Below the pieces are notes generated by a model. It had not been told where the DNA came from. It was given only the letters and a program-made list of their open reading frames with translations, and did not search any database. This document shows positions 27,112-37,302 of a stretch of DNA of 64,000 bases, piece after piece; the first letter of the stretch is position 1, and each line of letters begins with the position of its first letter. The stretch spans positions 817 to 64,816 of IMG/VR virus record IMGVR_UViG_3300009999_000003; one strand, written 5' to 3'. Origin of the DNA: a virus. The position numbers and the translations under genes are program-made.

Positions 27112-28542
27112 ATGTTAAAAGACTTACGATCAAATCCACTTATGCTTACAGACGCATACAACTTGAGTCACGAACGACTAAAGATTAACACAGACTACGA
27201 AGTATCACACATCTACAATCGTGCTTCAGGAATGATTTTGTACGGATTCGCTGAGATGGTGAATGAGGTTTTATCTGTTCAAATCACACACGAAATGATT
27301 GATCAGCTTCAAAATGCATCAAATACAATCAAGGTGAAAGCACCGATCGAGTTATTTCGTAAGGTGGTTGATGAGCATAACGGATTCTTCCCGATCCATG
27401 TCCAATCTCTACCGGAAGGAACTTGGTGTCCTAAAGGAACTCCTTTTGCACAGGTTCGCAACACGGTAAAAGGATTCGGAGAGCTAGTTACTTGGATTGA
27501 AGGAGTATTCTTGCAGTCATCATTCCCATCAGGAACAGCTACCGAAGCATTCCGCATTCGTCAGTATCTCGAAGATACGAAGAAGGAGTACGGATATGAT
27601 GACAGCTTCCTATCTCGAGTACACAGCTTTGGATTCCGTGGTCATCGTAGTCTAGAAGATGCTTACTGGGCAAGTACAGCTTGGAACATGTTCTTATTTG
27701 GGACAGACGATCTGCACTCATTGATCCATACGCCTGAAGCAAATGTATCGTCTATCAGTGCGTTGGCGCATAAAGTTACACAGCAATATGACGCTGAATA
27801 CGATGGGTACGTGCATGCGATTGATGCGACAGCAGATGCCGGAGAGAGTGTCGTTGCATTGGTAATCGACACATATGATGCACATCGCTTCATCGATGAG
27901 TATCTTGTTCCTTTGGCAAACTATGCAGACTCAAAAGGAGTTCATATCGTCATTCGTCCGGATAGTGGAGACGTTGATGAGCAGGTTGTAAAAGTTTATA
28001 AAAAGGTCGATCATCATGGTCTCAAGAATGTAAGTGCGATCATCGGTGAGGGCATGAGCTTCAAGATGATTCAACGAACAGACTACTTCTTCATGTTGCG
28101 TCAGGTACCATTAAGCTTCGTTAGTTATGGTGTTGGTGGCGGATTCTACAATGACATCAATCGTGATACGCTAGGATTCGCAATGAAGACAGCATTCTCG
28201 AACGGAGCGCCACGTATGAAGTTTGGCATGGATGCATTGAAGCGTTCAATTCCAGATGCCGTCTATGTTTATCGAAATCCAGATGGACAACTAGTAGTAG
28301 ATCGTGAACAAACAACTGGAGAAAAAAGTTGGCATGCTGAATTAACTTCTGAGTATCAAACCGTTTATCTTCACGGATTAGACATGTCGACATATGACAA
28401 TAAACCATTTACACATGTGCCGGAATGGAAAGAAACGAAGGAGATTGCATTGTCGAATTTAGGAAAAGATCTACAGGATCGCATCATCCTATCTGATTCA
28501 ATCAATGAGCTTGTAAAAGAATTCGAAGCTAAATACTCATAA
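27112..28542 (+). CDS. nadV: Nicotinamide phosphoribosyltransferase (NadV/Nampt-like)
   Basis: TDAY..SH, HSFGFRG, FGTD, VIDTYD, IRPDSGD, GVGGG, RDT.GFAMK. Confidence 0.85.
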   Translation: MLKDLRSNPLMLTDAYNLSHERLKINTDYEVSHIYNRASGMILYGFAEMVNEVLSVQITHEMIDQLQNASNTIKVKAPIELFRKVVDEHNGFFPIHVQSLPEGTWCPKGTPFAQVRNTVKGFGELVTWIEGVFLQSSFPSGTATEAFRIRQYLEDTKKEYGYDDSFLSRVHSFGFRGHRSLEDAYWASTAWNMFLFGTDDLHSLIHTPEANVSSISALAHKVTQQYDAEYDGYVHAIDATADAGESVVALVIDTYDAHRFIDEYLVPLANYADSKGVHIVIRPDSGDVDEQVVKVYKKVDHHGLKNVSAIIGEGMSFKMIQRTDYFFMLRQVPLSFVSYGVGGGFYNDINRDTLGFAMKTAFSNGAPRMKFGMDALKRSIPDAVYVYRNPDGQLVVDREQTTGEKSWHAELTSEYQTVYLHGLDMSTYDNKPFTHVPEWKETKEIALSNLGKDLQDRIILSDSINELVKEFEAKYS

Positions 28543-28556
28543 TCGGAGGAGTTAAA

Positions 28557-29156
28557 ATGTTTAAATTAGGATTTGTACTAGGACGCTTTCAGATGTTACA
28601 TCTAGACCATGAAAATATGATCAGAAAGTCGCTCAGTGTGTGTGACAAGGTATTGCTTATGGTAGGATCTTCAACGGAGAGTGGAACGGTTCGCAACCCG
28701 TTTAATCTGCATACTCGCATGAATTTGATTCGTCGTGTTTTTGACGAAGAGATTAAAGGTGGAAAGCTTTTAATTTGCCATACAGATGACATGACACACG
28801 AAGAAGATCACAGTTATGATTGGGGTGACTTTTTACTCCAAAAAATTGAAATGTGGAAGAGTCATTATGCAATTACTGAAAATGTTGATTGCTTCATCTA
28901 TGGTAATGACGAAGAGCGTGGCTCATGGTTTAATCCTGAAAAGATTAAGGGAATCAGTCATCTCGTCATTGCTCGAAACGATCGATCAGCGACTAGCATT
29001 CGACAACTAATGTGCAAAGATGACTATAGCGAATGGTGTGAGAACGTTCCTAAAAGTATTTCCGGTCTAGAGACTTTCCGTCGCCTCAAGAGTGAACTTC
29101 TTGACATCGAATGGTATAAGAGAATTTATTCTGAAGAGGCGAATCGCAATGTCTAA
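28557..29156 (+). CDS. Nicotinamide mononucleotide adenylyltransferase (NadM-like)
   Basis: GRFQ.LH.DH, VGS, RNPF, SATSIR. Confidence 0.85.
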   Translation: MFKLGFVLGRFQMLHLDHENMIRKSLSVCDKVLLMVGSSTESGTVRNPFNLHTRMNLIRRVFDEEIKGGKLLICHTDDMTHEEDHSYDWGDFLLQKIEMWKSHYAITENVDCFIYGNDEERGSWFNPEKIKGISHLVIARNDRSATSIRQLMCKDDYSEWCENVPKSISGLETFRRLKSELLDIEWYKRIYSEEANRNV

Positions 29157-29706
29157 TGTTATTGAGCTTTTTCATTCTAAATGGCTTGCCGTTCAAGAGA
29201 AAACGACCGTTGGCGGAGAGAAGTACATCTACACGACAGCTCCATGGTGTAATAATCAAGGCGTTGCAATCTTACCGTACCGATCCAAGACGATGAGCCA
29301 GTGGGGATATCCTGAAATGGAGTTCCTTGGTCGATTTGAAGTTTGTCCTGCACACTCTGATATGCCAGAGCTTGGTGCCGTCATGGGTGGCATGGATAAA
29401 GAAGGAGAGCCTGCGGTGGTCACTGCATGGCGTGAGCTAATTGAAGAGGGCGGATTTGAAGTACCTCTTGATAATATTATGTATCTTGGCACCTCAAAGC
29501 CATCGAAAGCATCCGATAGCACTATGTATCTGTTTGCCGTTGATCTCGATCGTGGATGCAAAGAGGTACCTGCTATTGGTGATGGAACAGAGCTTGAAAA
29601 GCTAGGATATAGCCAGTGGATTAGTCTGGAAGAACTGATCGCATCTAAGGAGCCATTGCTACAAACGATGTATCTCCGGTTGATGAAAAACTTAAATAAA
29701 ATCTAA
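29149..29706 (+). CDS. Nudix hydrolase (ADP-ribose pyrophosphatase-like)
   Basis: GGMDKEGE..TAWRELIEEGG Nudix box, GDG.E motif. Confidence 0.85.
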   Translation: MSNVIELFHSKWLAVQEKTTVGGEKYIYTTAPWCNNQGVAILPYRSKTMSQWGYPEMEFLGRFEVCPAHSDMPELGAVMGGMDKEGEPAVVTAWRELIEEGGFEVPLDNIMYLGTSKPSKASDSTMYLFAVDLDRGCKEVPAIGDGTELEKLGYSQWISLEELIASKEPLLQTMYLRLMKNLNKI

Positions 29707-29715
29707 ACAAAAGTA

Positions 29716-29744
29716 TTGCAATAAAGAATGATCTTCTCTATAAT
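29716..29744 (+). promoter_or_regulatory. sigmaA promoter overlapping 18-bp motif
   Basis: TTGCAA-17-TATAAT; second motif at 29787. Confidence 0.8.
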
Positions 29745-29823
29745 AAGAAGGTAAGGTATTGAGAGAGAAAGACGTATAAAAATCATTAAAACAAAAGTAT
29801 TGCACAAAGAGAGGGCGATGGAT

Positions 29824-30372
29824 ATGAAAGGCGTAATGACAGTAAATATTGAGATTGATTACAACACAATGCTTCAACAAGAGGGTTTACAGAACCTTCT
29901 ACTCTTCACAGGAGCGCAGGACACGAATGAGCTTGTAAAGATTCACATGGAATCATTGACTCGTGATCTACTAGAGGTCATCAACAAGAAGCCGTTGGTC
30001 GGAGCGGAGATTTCAGGAAAACTTGTAGAGCATGAAATTCTTGATGCAGTTGTTCGTGAAGAGGAGTCAAATGATTCACAGTCTGAAGAAGCGATCGTGG
30101 GAGAAGTAATCGATGTACCAAACATCTACGACACTCTTCAACAAGATTTAAGAGATATTTCTGTAAACAAAGGCATGCCTACCAAAATTCGAATGAACCT
30201 TGCAATGATGCGTGTCATGAGCCAATCTGAAGGCGTAAATGCAGTTAGCCAAGTGAACGGATTCCCAGTAGAGCTAGAAGCAATGGAAGAGCTTTACGCC
30301 ATCGAGTACAAGGATTATCAATCAAACGAAATCAAACATGCTAGTCCATCAAACGGACTACAAACGATTTAA
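29824..30372 (+). CDS. Hypothetical protein
   Basis: GAGGG RBS, ~182 aa. Confidence 0.7.
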   Translation: MKGVMTVNIEIDYNTMLQQEGLQNLLLFTGAQDTNELVKIHMESLTRDLLEVINKKPLVGAEISGKLVEHEILDAVVREEESNDSQSEEAIVGEVIDVPNIYDTLQQDLRDISVNKGMPTKIRMNLAMMRVMSQSEGVNAVSQVNGFPVELEAMEELYAIEYKDYQSNEIKHASPSNGLQTI

Positions 30373-30387
30373 GAGAGGACATTTAAT

Positions 30388-31020
30388 ATGACACTATTAT
30401 CATTCGGACTATTGATCCAAACGATCGGATCAGCTCTCCTGCTTGGTGGATATGCTCCTCAGATTGGAAAGCTTCACAAGACAAAGAACCCAACAGGAAT
30501 TTCACTTCTGTTCTGGACAATGATCGGAATCGGATGTACATCCATTCTAGTCAATATGATTCTTCATGACACATCTCTTCCTGTCATGATCACTCAGTCT
30601 CTCAATGCGCTCGGTGCTTGGTACACTCTTGGATTAGTCATCTACTGCAAGAAGCTTCGCCGTCAAAAGATCAAGATTAATCACAACGTCGCAAAAGCAT
30701 TCTTTGTTATGTTGGCAGTACTTGTCTATGCAATGATTAGCGGAGAGAGCGCAGAGGACATTGGAGATGGAATTCAGCTAGTCGGAAGTATCGCACTTCT
30801 AACAGCGTATATTCCTCAAATCATTCACTTGAATCGTGTTAAGGATGCAACCGGAATTAGCCGTTGGTTATTCATTGTTCTTGGACTCGGACTACTGAGC
30901 GTAACAGGCAACATGATCATCACAGGAACGAATATCTGGATCATTACAACTGAGTTCTTAAACATTGGATTGATCTTCGTACAGTTTGCGATGACAGTTC
31001 ATTATCAAAACAAAAACTAA
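30388..31020 (+). CDS. PQ-loop (SWEET/SemiSWEET-like) membrane transporter
   Basis: Two PQ repeats: YAPQI...TGIS and YIPQI...TGIS; ~7 TM. Confidence 0.85.
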   Translation: MTLLSFGLLIQTIGSALLLGGYAPQIGKLHKTKNPTGISLLFWTMIGIGCTSILVNMILHDTSLPVMITQSLNALGAWYTLGLVIYCKKLRRQKIKINHNVAKAFFVMLAVLVYAMISGESAEDIGDGIQLVGSIALLTAYIPQIIHLNRVKDATGISRWLFIVLGLGLLSVTGNMIITGTNIWIITTEFLNIGLIFVQFAMTVHYQNKN

Positions 31021-31187
31021 ACAAAAGTATTGCAATATGTGAGGGAGACTGTACGGGTCTCCCGATTATATCACGTCGGTGATTGACGTGATTAAGCTAA
31101 TAAATATCATCTGTTTATTGGTTTAACAATTTCAATCACTTCTGAAAAGAAGCGAAAACTACTTGGAAAAGAAAGAGGTTTTTAATC

Positions 31188-32384
31188 ATGGCAGAAAAAG
31201 AAAAGCAAGTACTACAAAAGGGTAAATCATACGTCACAGTCGTAGGTAAGGCGTCGCTGAGCGAGAATTCATTCAGTGGAGACAAGACTTCGAAGAACTC
31301 GGATTACATCTACAATCGAGTGAATATCGGTATTGAAACAGCAGAGGGAAACAAGATTTACGGTGAAATGATGGGCGGATATTCTCCTTCTCAAAACTAC
31401 CCGATCAAAGCTCGTACTAAGCAAGTAGATGGACAGCCATCTGTAAACATTGATGTCGCATGGGCGGATCGGTTGAACGAGTCAATTGTTGAAACGATTA
31501 ACGAATTCAACGTCATCAAGATTGGTCTTGTTCGTGAAAAAGAGCCTGCAGAGGGCGTAGAGCCAACAGAAGAGCAGAAGAACTCTAAGCTTATTGTTAA
31601 GAAGTTCCTTTCATCTTATGATGCTCACGACTACATCCAGAAGCATCTTAAAGACGGCATGATGATCATGGTCAAGGGTTCTTATGCATTCAACACGTAC
31701 AATGACGAGACTCAGCGCAAGCTAGAGATTGATTCGATCTTCCTAAGCAAGTCAGAAGAAGGATTCGCAAACTTTGTACAGACAGTCGTTGTTGATGAGG
31801 ATTCACTTACAAAAGAATCTCTTCGTAATGCTAAAGAGACTGGCGAAATCATCGTCAACGCTCGTGCGGTCGACTATGTCAGCAAGTTAAATGGTAAAAA
31901 GATTGGTAAAAACATGTTGTTCGACTTCCCAGTAGTCGTTAAAGTGAACAAAGAGAAGCCAGAAACTACGGAAGCGATTATCAAGAAATTGTTCTCTGTC
32001 AAAAAAGGCAAGGTTCGTGAAGTAACTCTCGAGGGTCAGATTCTCGAAGGATATGAGCAAGAAGAAGTTAACGAGAAGGACATTGAGTTGAGCAAAGATG
32101 TAAAAGAGCTTATCGAAATGGGTCTGTACTCGATGGAAGAAGCGAAGAAGAAGATGACTGTACGAGGCAATCGTGTCTCTAAGCTATTGTTCACACGTCC
32201 ATTCATCATCCGTGACAAAGATGATGCAAACAAAATCACTCTGGACATCCATGATGACAAGTATACTCCGGAAGATCTCATCGTTAACATCGAAGAAGAC
32301 GAGAACACTTCAATTGCAGAATCTATCGTTGAAGAATCATCTAATGCAGATGGAGACACTTCTTGGCTCCAAGGCTTATTGTAA
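31188..32384 (+). CDS. YorF-like protein, probable ssDNA-binding protein
   Basis: beta-rich with acidic C-tail ending in hydrophobic residues; position before AAA/helicase genes. Confidence 0.55.
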   Translation: MAEKEKQVLQKGKSYVTVVGKASLSENSFSGDKTSKNSDYIYNRVNIGIETAEGNKIYGEMMGGYSPSQNYPIKARTKQVDGQPSVNIDVAWADRLNESIVETINEFNVIKIGLVREKEPAEGVEPTEEQKNSKLIVKKFLSSYDAHDYIQKHLKDGMMIMVKGSYAFNTYNDETQRKLEIDSIFLSKSEEGFANFVQTVVVDEDSLTKESLRNAKETGEIIVNARAVDYVSKLNGKKIGKNMLFDFPVVVKVNKEKPETTEAIIKKLFSVKKGKVREVTLEGQILEGYEQEEVNEKDIELSKDVKELIEMGLYSMEEAKKKMTVRGNRVSKLLFTRPFIIRDKDDANKITLDIHDDKYTPEDLIVNIEEDENTSIAESIVEESSNADGDTSWLQGLL

Positions 32385-32482
32385 TCAGTAATCAATGCAA
32401 CAGTTTAAGTGAAGTGACACAACTTCACTTAAACGAAAGTATTGCAAATAAATCATAACACAATCAGAAAGAGGTAATTAAT

Positions 32483-32902
32483 ATGATCGTAGGTAAAGGT
32501 GCAGTTCGTGAATTATGTCATGAAATTGATGGAGTTATTAAAGAGATTGATCAGATTACACAGTCCAAGATTGACCGTGTAGCAGATAAGATTGATGCGG
32601 AATTAGCATCATGTGGTCGTGAGTTAACGAATGCTTCGACAACACTTTCTCAAGTCAAACCATTGGCTGATCGTTTGGTTCAGCAAATCGGCAAGGATGC
32701 TCCGGATCATGTCCAAGTATTGGTGGGTTCAATTGTAACGGAAATAATGTCTAAAGTGACGGGTGTCGCAAGCAACATTGAAGAAGTACAAAAGAATATC
32801 AAGGACGTAGATAAGTATACAGACGAAATCGACGACTTAACTGACTTGATTGATAAGAAGACGGATCAAATCGACAAAATTACTGACAAGTATCAGAAAT
32901 AA
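32483..32902 (+). CDS. All-helical protein with IDxxTD heptad repeats
   Basis: 139 aa, GAGGT RBS. Confidence 0.8.
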   Translation: MIVGKGAVRELCHEIDGVIKEIDQITQSKIDRVADKIDAELASCGRELTNASTTLSQVKPLADRLVQQIGKDAPDHVQVLVGSIVTEIMSKVTGVASNIEEVQKNIKDVDKYTDEIDDLTDLIDKKTDQIDKITDKYQK

Positions 32903-32917
32903 GAGAGGATAAACCAC

Positions 32918-33262
32918 ATGTCATACACACCACCGACAACTTCTCCAAACTATATGAATTCAGACTGGTCAAGTTCTAAAACAAAAGAGACTGCCATGAA
33001 AATCGATCACATTGCTGATAAAGCAAAGTTTGCGATTGAAATGCTAGAGTCTGCCTTGGCAGGATTTGATACGATTGAAAAAGAGATTATCGACGTGTCT
33101 AATGCTACTGTCCAACCAAGTCGTGAGCAAATTCGAGCATTTGCTTACCGAATTGACTCCAACCAAAATCAGCTCCGTGATGGTCTTAATCGAGTGAAGA
33201 GCATGATGCAAGAGGTAGATATTGCTACTGACAACATCCAAGGTTTCCGCTCTAACTGGTAA
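32918..33262 (+). CDS. Helical hypothetical protein
   Basis: 114 aa, GAGGA RBS. Confidence 0.8.
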   Translation: MSYTPPTTSPNYMNSDWSSSKTKETAMKIDHIADKAKFAIEMLESALAGFDTIEKEIIDVSNATVQPSREQIRAFAYRIDSNQNQLRDGLNRVKSMMQEVDIATDNIQGFRSNW

Positions 33263-33323
33263 GACATTGATAAAGTATTGCAATTGTTATAAAAAAACAG
33301 ATGAAAAGAAAGAGGTTATTATT

Positions 33324-34301
33324 ATGAGTATGTTCCGTAAACCAAGCACAAAGCAATTAGGTCTTAAGGTATTAGTAATGGGTGAAAAGGGAGTAGGTAA
33401 ATCCGTATTCTCGCTATCATTCCCTAAATTATATGCTCTCGACGGAGAGACAGGTATGGCTTTCTACGAAGATCATCCACAGTTTGGTCAAAACATTTTG
33501 GGTATCGCTAATACGATGGACTTCAATGAGCTTCATAGTGCGATTGATGAGATTGAGGAAATCGTAGAGGATGATCCGGAAGCTGTTAAATCGCTCGTCA
33601 TCGACTCTGAAACGAAATTCTATCAAAACCTTACTGACTCGGCACTGACAGTTGAGGAGAAGAAGGCACGTAAGAGCGGTAAAGACGTGATGGACTCTGC
33701 CGTATCAATGCGAGGGTGGGGTCGAATCAAGTCTGTTGCTCAACGACTTCAAAACCTAAAGATCGACTTGTCAGCAAAAGGCGTCAATGTAATCTCTATC
33801 TCTCAAATCGATGATATTAAAGAGAAAAAAGGTGACAGTTTCGTCAAAATTGGTGAGAAGCCTGTTATGCAAAAAGGTGCCGAGTATGACTATGACTTAG
33901 TTATCAAATTGTACACTACTGTCGATGCAAGCGGAGATGTTCAGTACAAAGGCATCATCCTCAAAGACCGTACAGGTGTGACAAAAGTTGGTCAAGTCAT
34001 CTCTGATCCATCATACAATGTATGGAAGCCATTCATCGAATCACGCAAAAACGGAGATAAGATCAAATCTACACTCTCTGCAGATGCTGAGAAAGCTGAA
34101 ATGGCATTGGTAGAAGAAGATACTAACCGAGAAAAAACTACCGTTGATAAGCTTCGTGAATTGATGGCTAAATCAGAACGGCACCAAGCTCATGCTGTAA
34201 AACTCATTCAGGAAGCTAAAATCAAGAATCCACTTGAGCCAACAGCTACTGAGATTAAGAAGCTCGAAGCCGTCGTAGCTGAATTAGAAAAGTTTAACTA
34301 A
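33324..34301 (+). CDS. AAA_24 / Sak4-like ATPase (YorG-like)
   Basis: GEKGVGKS, DGETG, LVIDS; GAGG RBS. Confidence 0.8.
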   Translation: MSMFRKPSTKQLGLKVLVMGEKGVGKSVFSLSFPKLYALDGETGMAFYEDHPQFGQNILGIANTMDFNELHSAIDEIEEIVEDDPEAVKSLVIDSETKFYQNLTDSALTVEEKKARKSGKDVMDSAVSMRGWGRIKSVAQRLQNLKIDLSAKGVNVISISQIDDIKEKKGDSFVKIGEKPVMQKGAEYDYDLVIKLYTTVDASGDVQYKGIILKDRTGVTKVGQVISDPSYNVWKPFIESRKNGDKIKSTLSADAEKAEMALVEEDTNREKTTVDKLRELMAKSERHQAHAVKLIQEAKIKNPLEPTATEIKKLEAVVAELEKFN

Positions 34302-34370
34302 ACAAAAGTATTGCAAATAGGGTGGGCGCATTCCGCCTTCCCTATATTTATGTGGAAGGGGATAACGAAA

Positions 34371-35069
34371 ATGACAACTGCAATGAAAGAACCAAAGGAG
34401 ATTAAATGCTATTACTGCGGAAAGCCGATCGTAAACTCACTGGATCATGTGATCAAAAAGGTACCGCTACAGACTCGAAAAGGTATTCGAAATTATAAGC
34501 GCAACCTTCACTTGGAATGTGTTCCGGAATACAACAAAGGATTGACGAATGTCGAAATGAAATCTGCAGAAAATACGGAATGGGAATCGGTATTTTACTA
34601 TTTCCGAGATGAAATTCTGGGAGTAGGAAAAGACTTTATCACATCCAACGACAAGAAGTCGCATATGGCAAAACGTCTCTTAGGTTTGCGAGTTGGCATG
34701 TACTATCCTAGCGGTACGAATACACGCATCCTGCCTCGAGGATACAGTTTCAAGACGATATTGATTGCAATGAAGGTCGTCAACCCAAGACTTCAATCCT
34801 ATTTGAAGACAGCGAACTTTGCGAACTTCAAGCATAAAGTAGATGGCTGTATGAGATTCATCGTGTCCGAAATCCCTGATGTTGCGAAACGACTTGCTGA
34901 TCAGCAAAAAGCCAATGAGAAGCTAGACGACGTAAGAACAGATGCTCCGACCTTCGACTATAAAGCAATGCTAGACAAGAAGAGAGAAAAAGAAAAGGAA
35001 GAGAAGGCAAAGGAAGAAAGCGTCAAAGACGAAATTGCCTTGCTTCTAGGAGGATCGATCGATGAGTAA
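34371..35069 (+). CDS. Zn-binding replication protein (YorH-like, possible helicase loader)
   Basis: CYYC..H..C; overlaps helicase start. Confidence 0.6.
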   Translation: MTTAMKEPKEIKCYYCGKPIVNSLDHVIKKVPLQTRKGIRNYKRNLHLECVPEYNKGLTNVEMKSAENTEWESVFYYFRDEILGVGKDFITSNDKKSHMAKRLLGLRVGMYYPSGTNTRILPRGYSFKTILIAMKVVNPRLQSYLKTANFANFKHKVDGCMRFIVSEIPDVAKRLADQQKANEKLDDVRTDAPTFDYKAMLDKKREKEKEEKAKEESVKDEIALLLGGSIDE

Positions 35070-36528
35070 TGAACTAACACCGGAGCAAAAGGCTAAAAGC
35101 GAATTTAGAAAGATGCTTACAAATACAAAGAAATCAGCAGAGAGCTACGTCGTTCTTAGTATGTATAAGAATACAGAGCTTTACTTTGACAGCAATTTAA
35201 CCATTGATGACATCCATGATCCTGTATGGAAGATGTACTTTGGAGTTGCAGAAAACTTGATCAAGAAAGGTAAGCTAGTTCTCGATGAAATCGTAGTTGG
35301 ATTGCGTGTAGAAGAGAATGAAGCGCTCAAGAAGATGTACGAAGATGCCAATGGATATCAAACGATTGCTGACGGTAAGAAGTTCGTACAAGAAGAGAAC
35401 TTTGAAGCTTATCTAGTTGATGTCAAGAAGTTCAATGCATTGATTCGACTACATGATTTGGGATTCCCGATTATGGAGAAATTCGATGCATACAAAGCAA
35501 TGCCCGTTGTAAAAATCCAGACTACACTTGAAGCTGTACTGGACTCTGTATTTGCAGATGTAGAAGTTGCCGAGAAGACGGAAGATTTAAAGGATAACCT
35601 TTGGCAGACGGTACTCGATGCGAACGAGGGTCTCATGCGAGGATTCCCTTACTACTCATCCATGTTGACTGAATTCGTCAACGGTATGGCTTTAGGGAAT
35701 CTAACGATGTTGAGTGCCAACTCGGGTATGGGTAAAACCTATATTACGCTTTCTCAGATTCTACCGAACATGATCGAATATAATGAGAAGCTAATGATCC
35801 TTGCCAATGAGGAAGACTCTGTTAAGTGGCGTAAGGAAATCATTGTGTGGGCGGTCAACAATGTCGTTAAAAAGAGCTTTGAAAAGCATCGCTTCAATCA
35901 GGGTAACTTCACAAATGAGGAACTCGATATTCTCAAAGAGGGAGTTGATTGGCTTGAGAGCGAGATGGAGAAGGGGAATATCACCTTCATCAACTTCAAC
36001 TCGTTCAGTATGAACAAGGCAATCAAGACGATCAAGAAGCAGTCATCTGTCAATGGTATCAAGTACTTTGTTCTGGATACGTTGAAATTGGATAGCGACA
36101 ATATCAATCTGAATACTCAGGCATGGCTACAACTGCAACAAGGGATGGTCAAGCTTTACGACTTGATCAAACCTTCTAACCGCAACCTTCATGTTTGGGT
36201 GACGTATCAGTTAGGTAAATCAGCTATGATGTCACGATTCCTCTCTCAGAACTCATTGGGTATGTCTAAGAACGTAGTCGACGTTGTTTCGACTCTTCTC
36301 CTTGTCCGCAAAGCATTGGAAAGCGAGAAAGAGGGCGGAAAGAACGAAGTAGAGGTCAAGCTGAAGAATGGCACCAAAACGAAGATGAGCAAGGATAAAG
36401 AGTACTTCATCTTATTCATAGGGAAGAACCGAGCAGGTCAAACCTCGAGACAGTTAGTCTTTGAAGTTGATATGGGTCGGAACATTATGACGGACTTTGG
36501 AACGTGTTTGATTCCGGAAGACATTTAA
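35062..36528 (+). CDS. dnaB: DnaB-like replicative helicase
   Basis: ANSGMGKT, ANEE, VLDTLK, TYQL, KNRAG. Confidence 0.9.
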   Translation: MSNELTPEQKAKSEFRKMLTNTKKSAESYVVLSMYKNTELYFDSNLTIDDIHDPVWKMYFGVAENLIKKGKLVLDEIVVGLRVEENEALKKMYEDANGYQTIADGKKFVQEENFEAYLVDVKKFNALIRLHDLGFPIMEKFDAYKAMPVVKIQTTLEAVLDSVFADVEVAEKTEDLKDNLWQTVLDANEGLMRGFPYYSSMLTEFVNGMALGNLTMLSANSGMGKTYITLSQILPNMIEYNEKLMILANEEDSVKWRKEIIVWAVNNVVKKSFEKHRFNQGNFTNEELDILKEGVDWLESEMEKGNITFINFNSFSMNKAIKTIKKQSSVNGIKYFVLDTLKLDSDNINLNTQAWLQLQQGMVKLYDLIKPSNRNLHVWVTYQLGKSAMMSRFLSQNSLGMSKNVVDVVSTLLLVRKALESEKEGGKNEVEVKLKNGTKTKMSKDKEYFILFIGKNRAGQTSRQLVFEVDMGRNIMTDFGTCLIPEDI

Positions 36529-36530
36529 TC

Positions 36531-36580
36531 AAAAGCATTGCTAGACTTTTCCATTTGGGTCTTGCAGTGCTTTTTTATTT
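36531..36580 (+). terminator. Intrinsic terminator
   Basis: AAAAGCATTGC..GCAGTGCTTTT stem with T-tract. Confidence 0.75.
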
Positions 36581-36629
36581 TGTGCTAGTATATTACTGTA
36601 ATAGTAATTAACTAGAGGGGGTAGGTACT

Positions 36630-37172
36630 ATGATTATTCGACATAAGCCATTCAAGCATTTTGGAGTGAATCCGGTAGAAGTCACTGTTAATAACAAAGA
36701 AGGTCTTGCTTTCACGAATCCACATGGTAGCCAGATTCTCACAAAGGAAGAGTTCGAAGAGATGATTGCCTTGGCTAATGTATTCTATGAATCAGAAGGC
36801 GTAGAGGATTATATTAGAACGTCCAATAGATTCAATGAGTTTGCAGGTCATCATATTTTTGATACAGCGACTGTTGATGGCAAGCGGATTGTTCCAAGAT
36901 CCATGCATCGAAGAAAGCCTTATAAGAAGAATATGAAGAAGGACTGGGTGTTTTACTGCAACTGGTGTAAGACGAAAGTTTCGAGCGCTGATCCGGATAG
37001 AGATTCATATGTAATGATCAATGAGCAAGTATCTTTAAACTTCGATATCTATGGTCAATTCTGCTGTGAGGCTTGCGCTGAGAACTACTGGTACGAGCAA
37101 ATTCTTGATTATATGAACGAAAATGGATATAGCGATGTGTTCCATATGGATAAAACAGTAGGTCGATCTTGA
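36630..37172 (+). CDS. Cys-containing hypothetical protein
   Basis: CNWC..FCC..C; GGGGG RBS. Confidence 0.75.
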   Translation: MIIRHKPFKHFGVNPVEVTVNNKEGLAFTNPHGSQILTKEEFEEMIALANVFYESEGVEDYIRTSNRFNEFAGHHIFDTATVDGKRIVPRSMHRRKPYKKNMKKDWVFYCNWCKTKVSSADPDRDSYVMINEQVSLNFDIYGQFCCEACAENYWYEQILDYMNENGYSDVFHMDKTVGRS

Positions 37173-37208
37173 GATGAAAAGTTTCATCTCTTTATCTAAA
37201 CAAAAGTA

Positions 37209-37237
37209 TTGCAATGATAGTAAATAGCTGATATATT
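37209..37237 (+). promoter_or_regulatory. sigmaA promoter overlapping 18-bp motif
   Basis: TTGCAA-17-TATATT with TG; second motif at 37268. Confidence 0.75.
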
Positions 37238-37302
37238 ATTAGCAGGAAGTCGCTTTTGCGACTATATTAAAACAAAAGTATTGCAAAGGGATGGTGTCGA
37301 CT

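Noticed and set aside
27112..28542. NARP1 pathway (Adps + Namat)
   Set aside because: No PRPP-synthetase-like gene nearby; partner is an NMNAT, fitting Nampt+NMNAT instead
31041..31093. Paired hairpins here and at 60232-60270 as tRNA genes
   Set aside because: No cloverleaf or T-loop GTTCRA; no tRNA or rRNA recognised in the window
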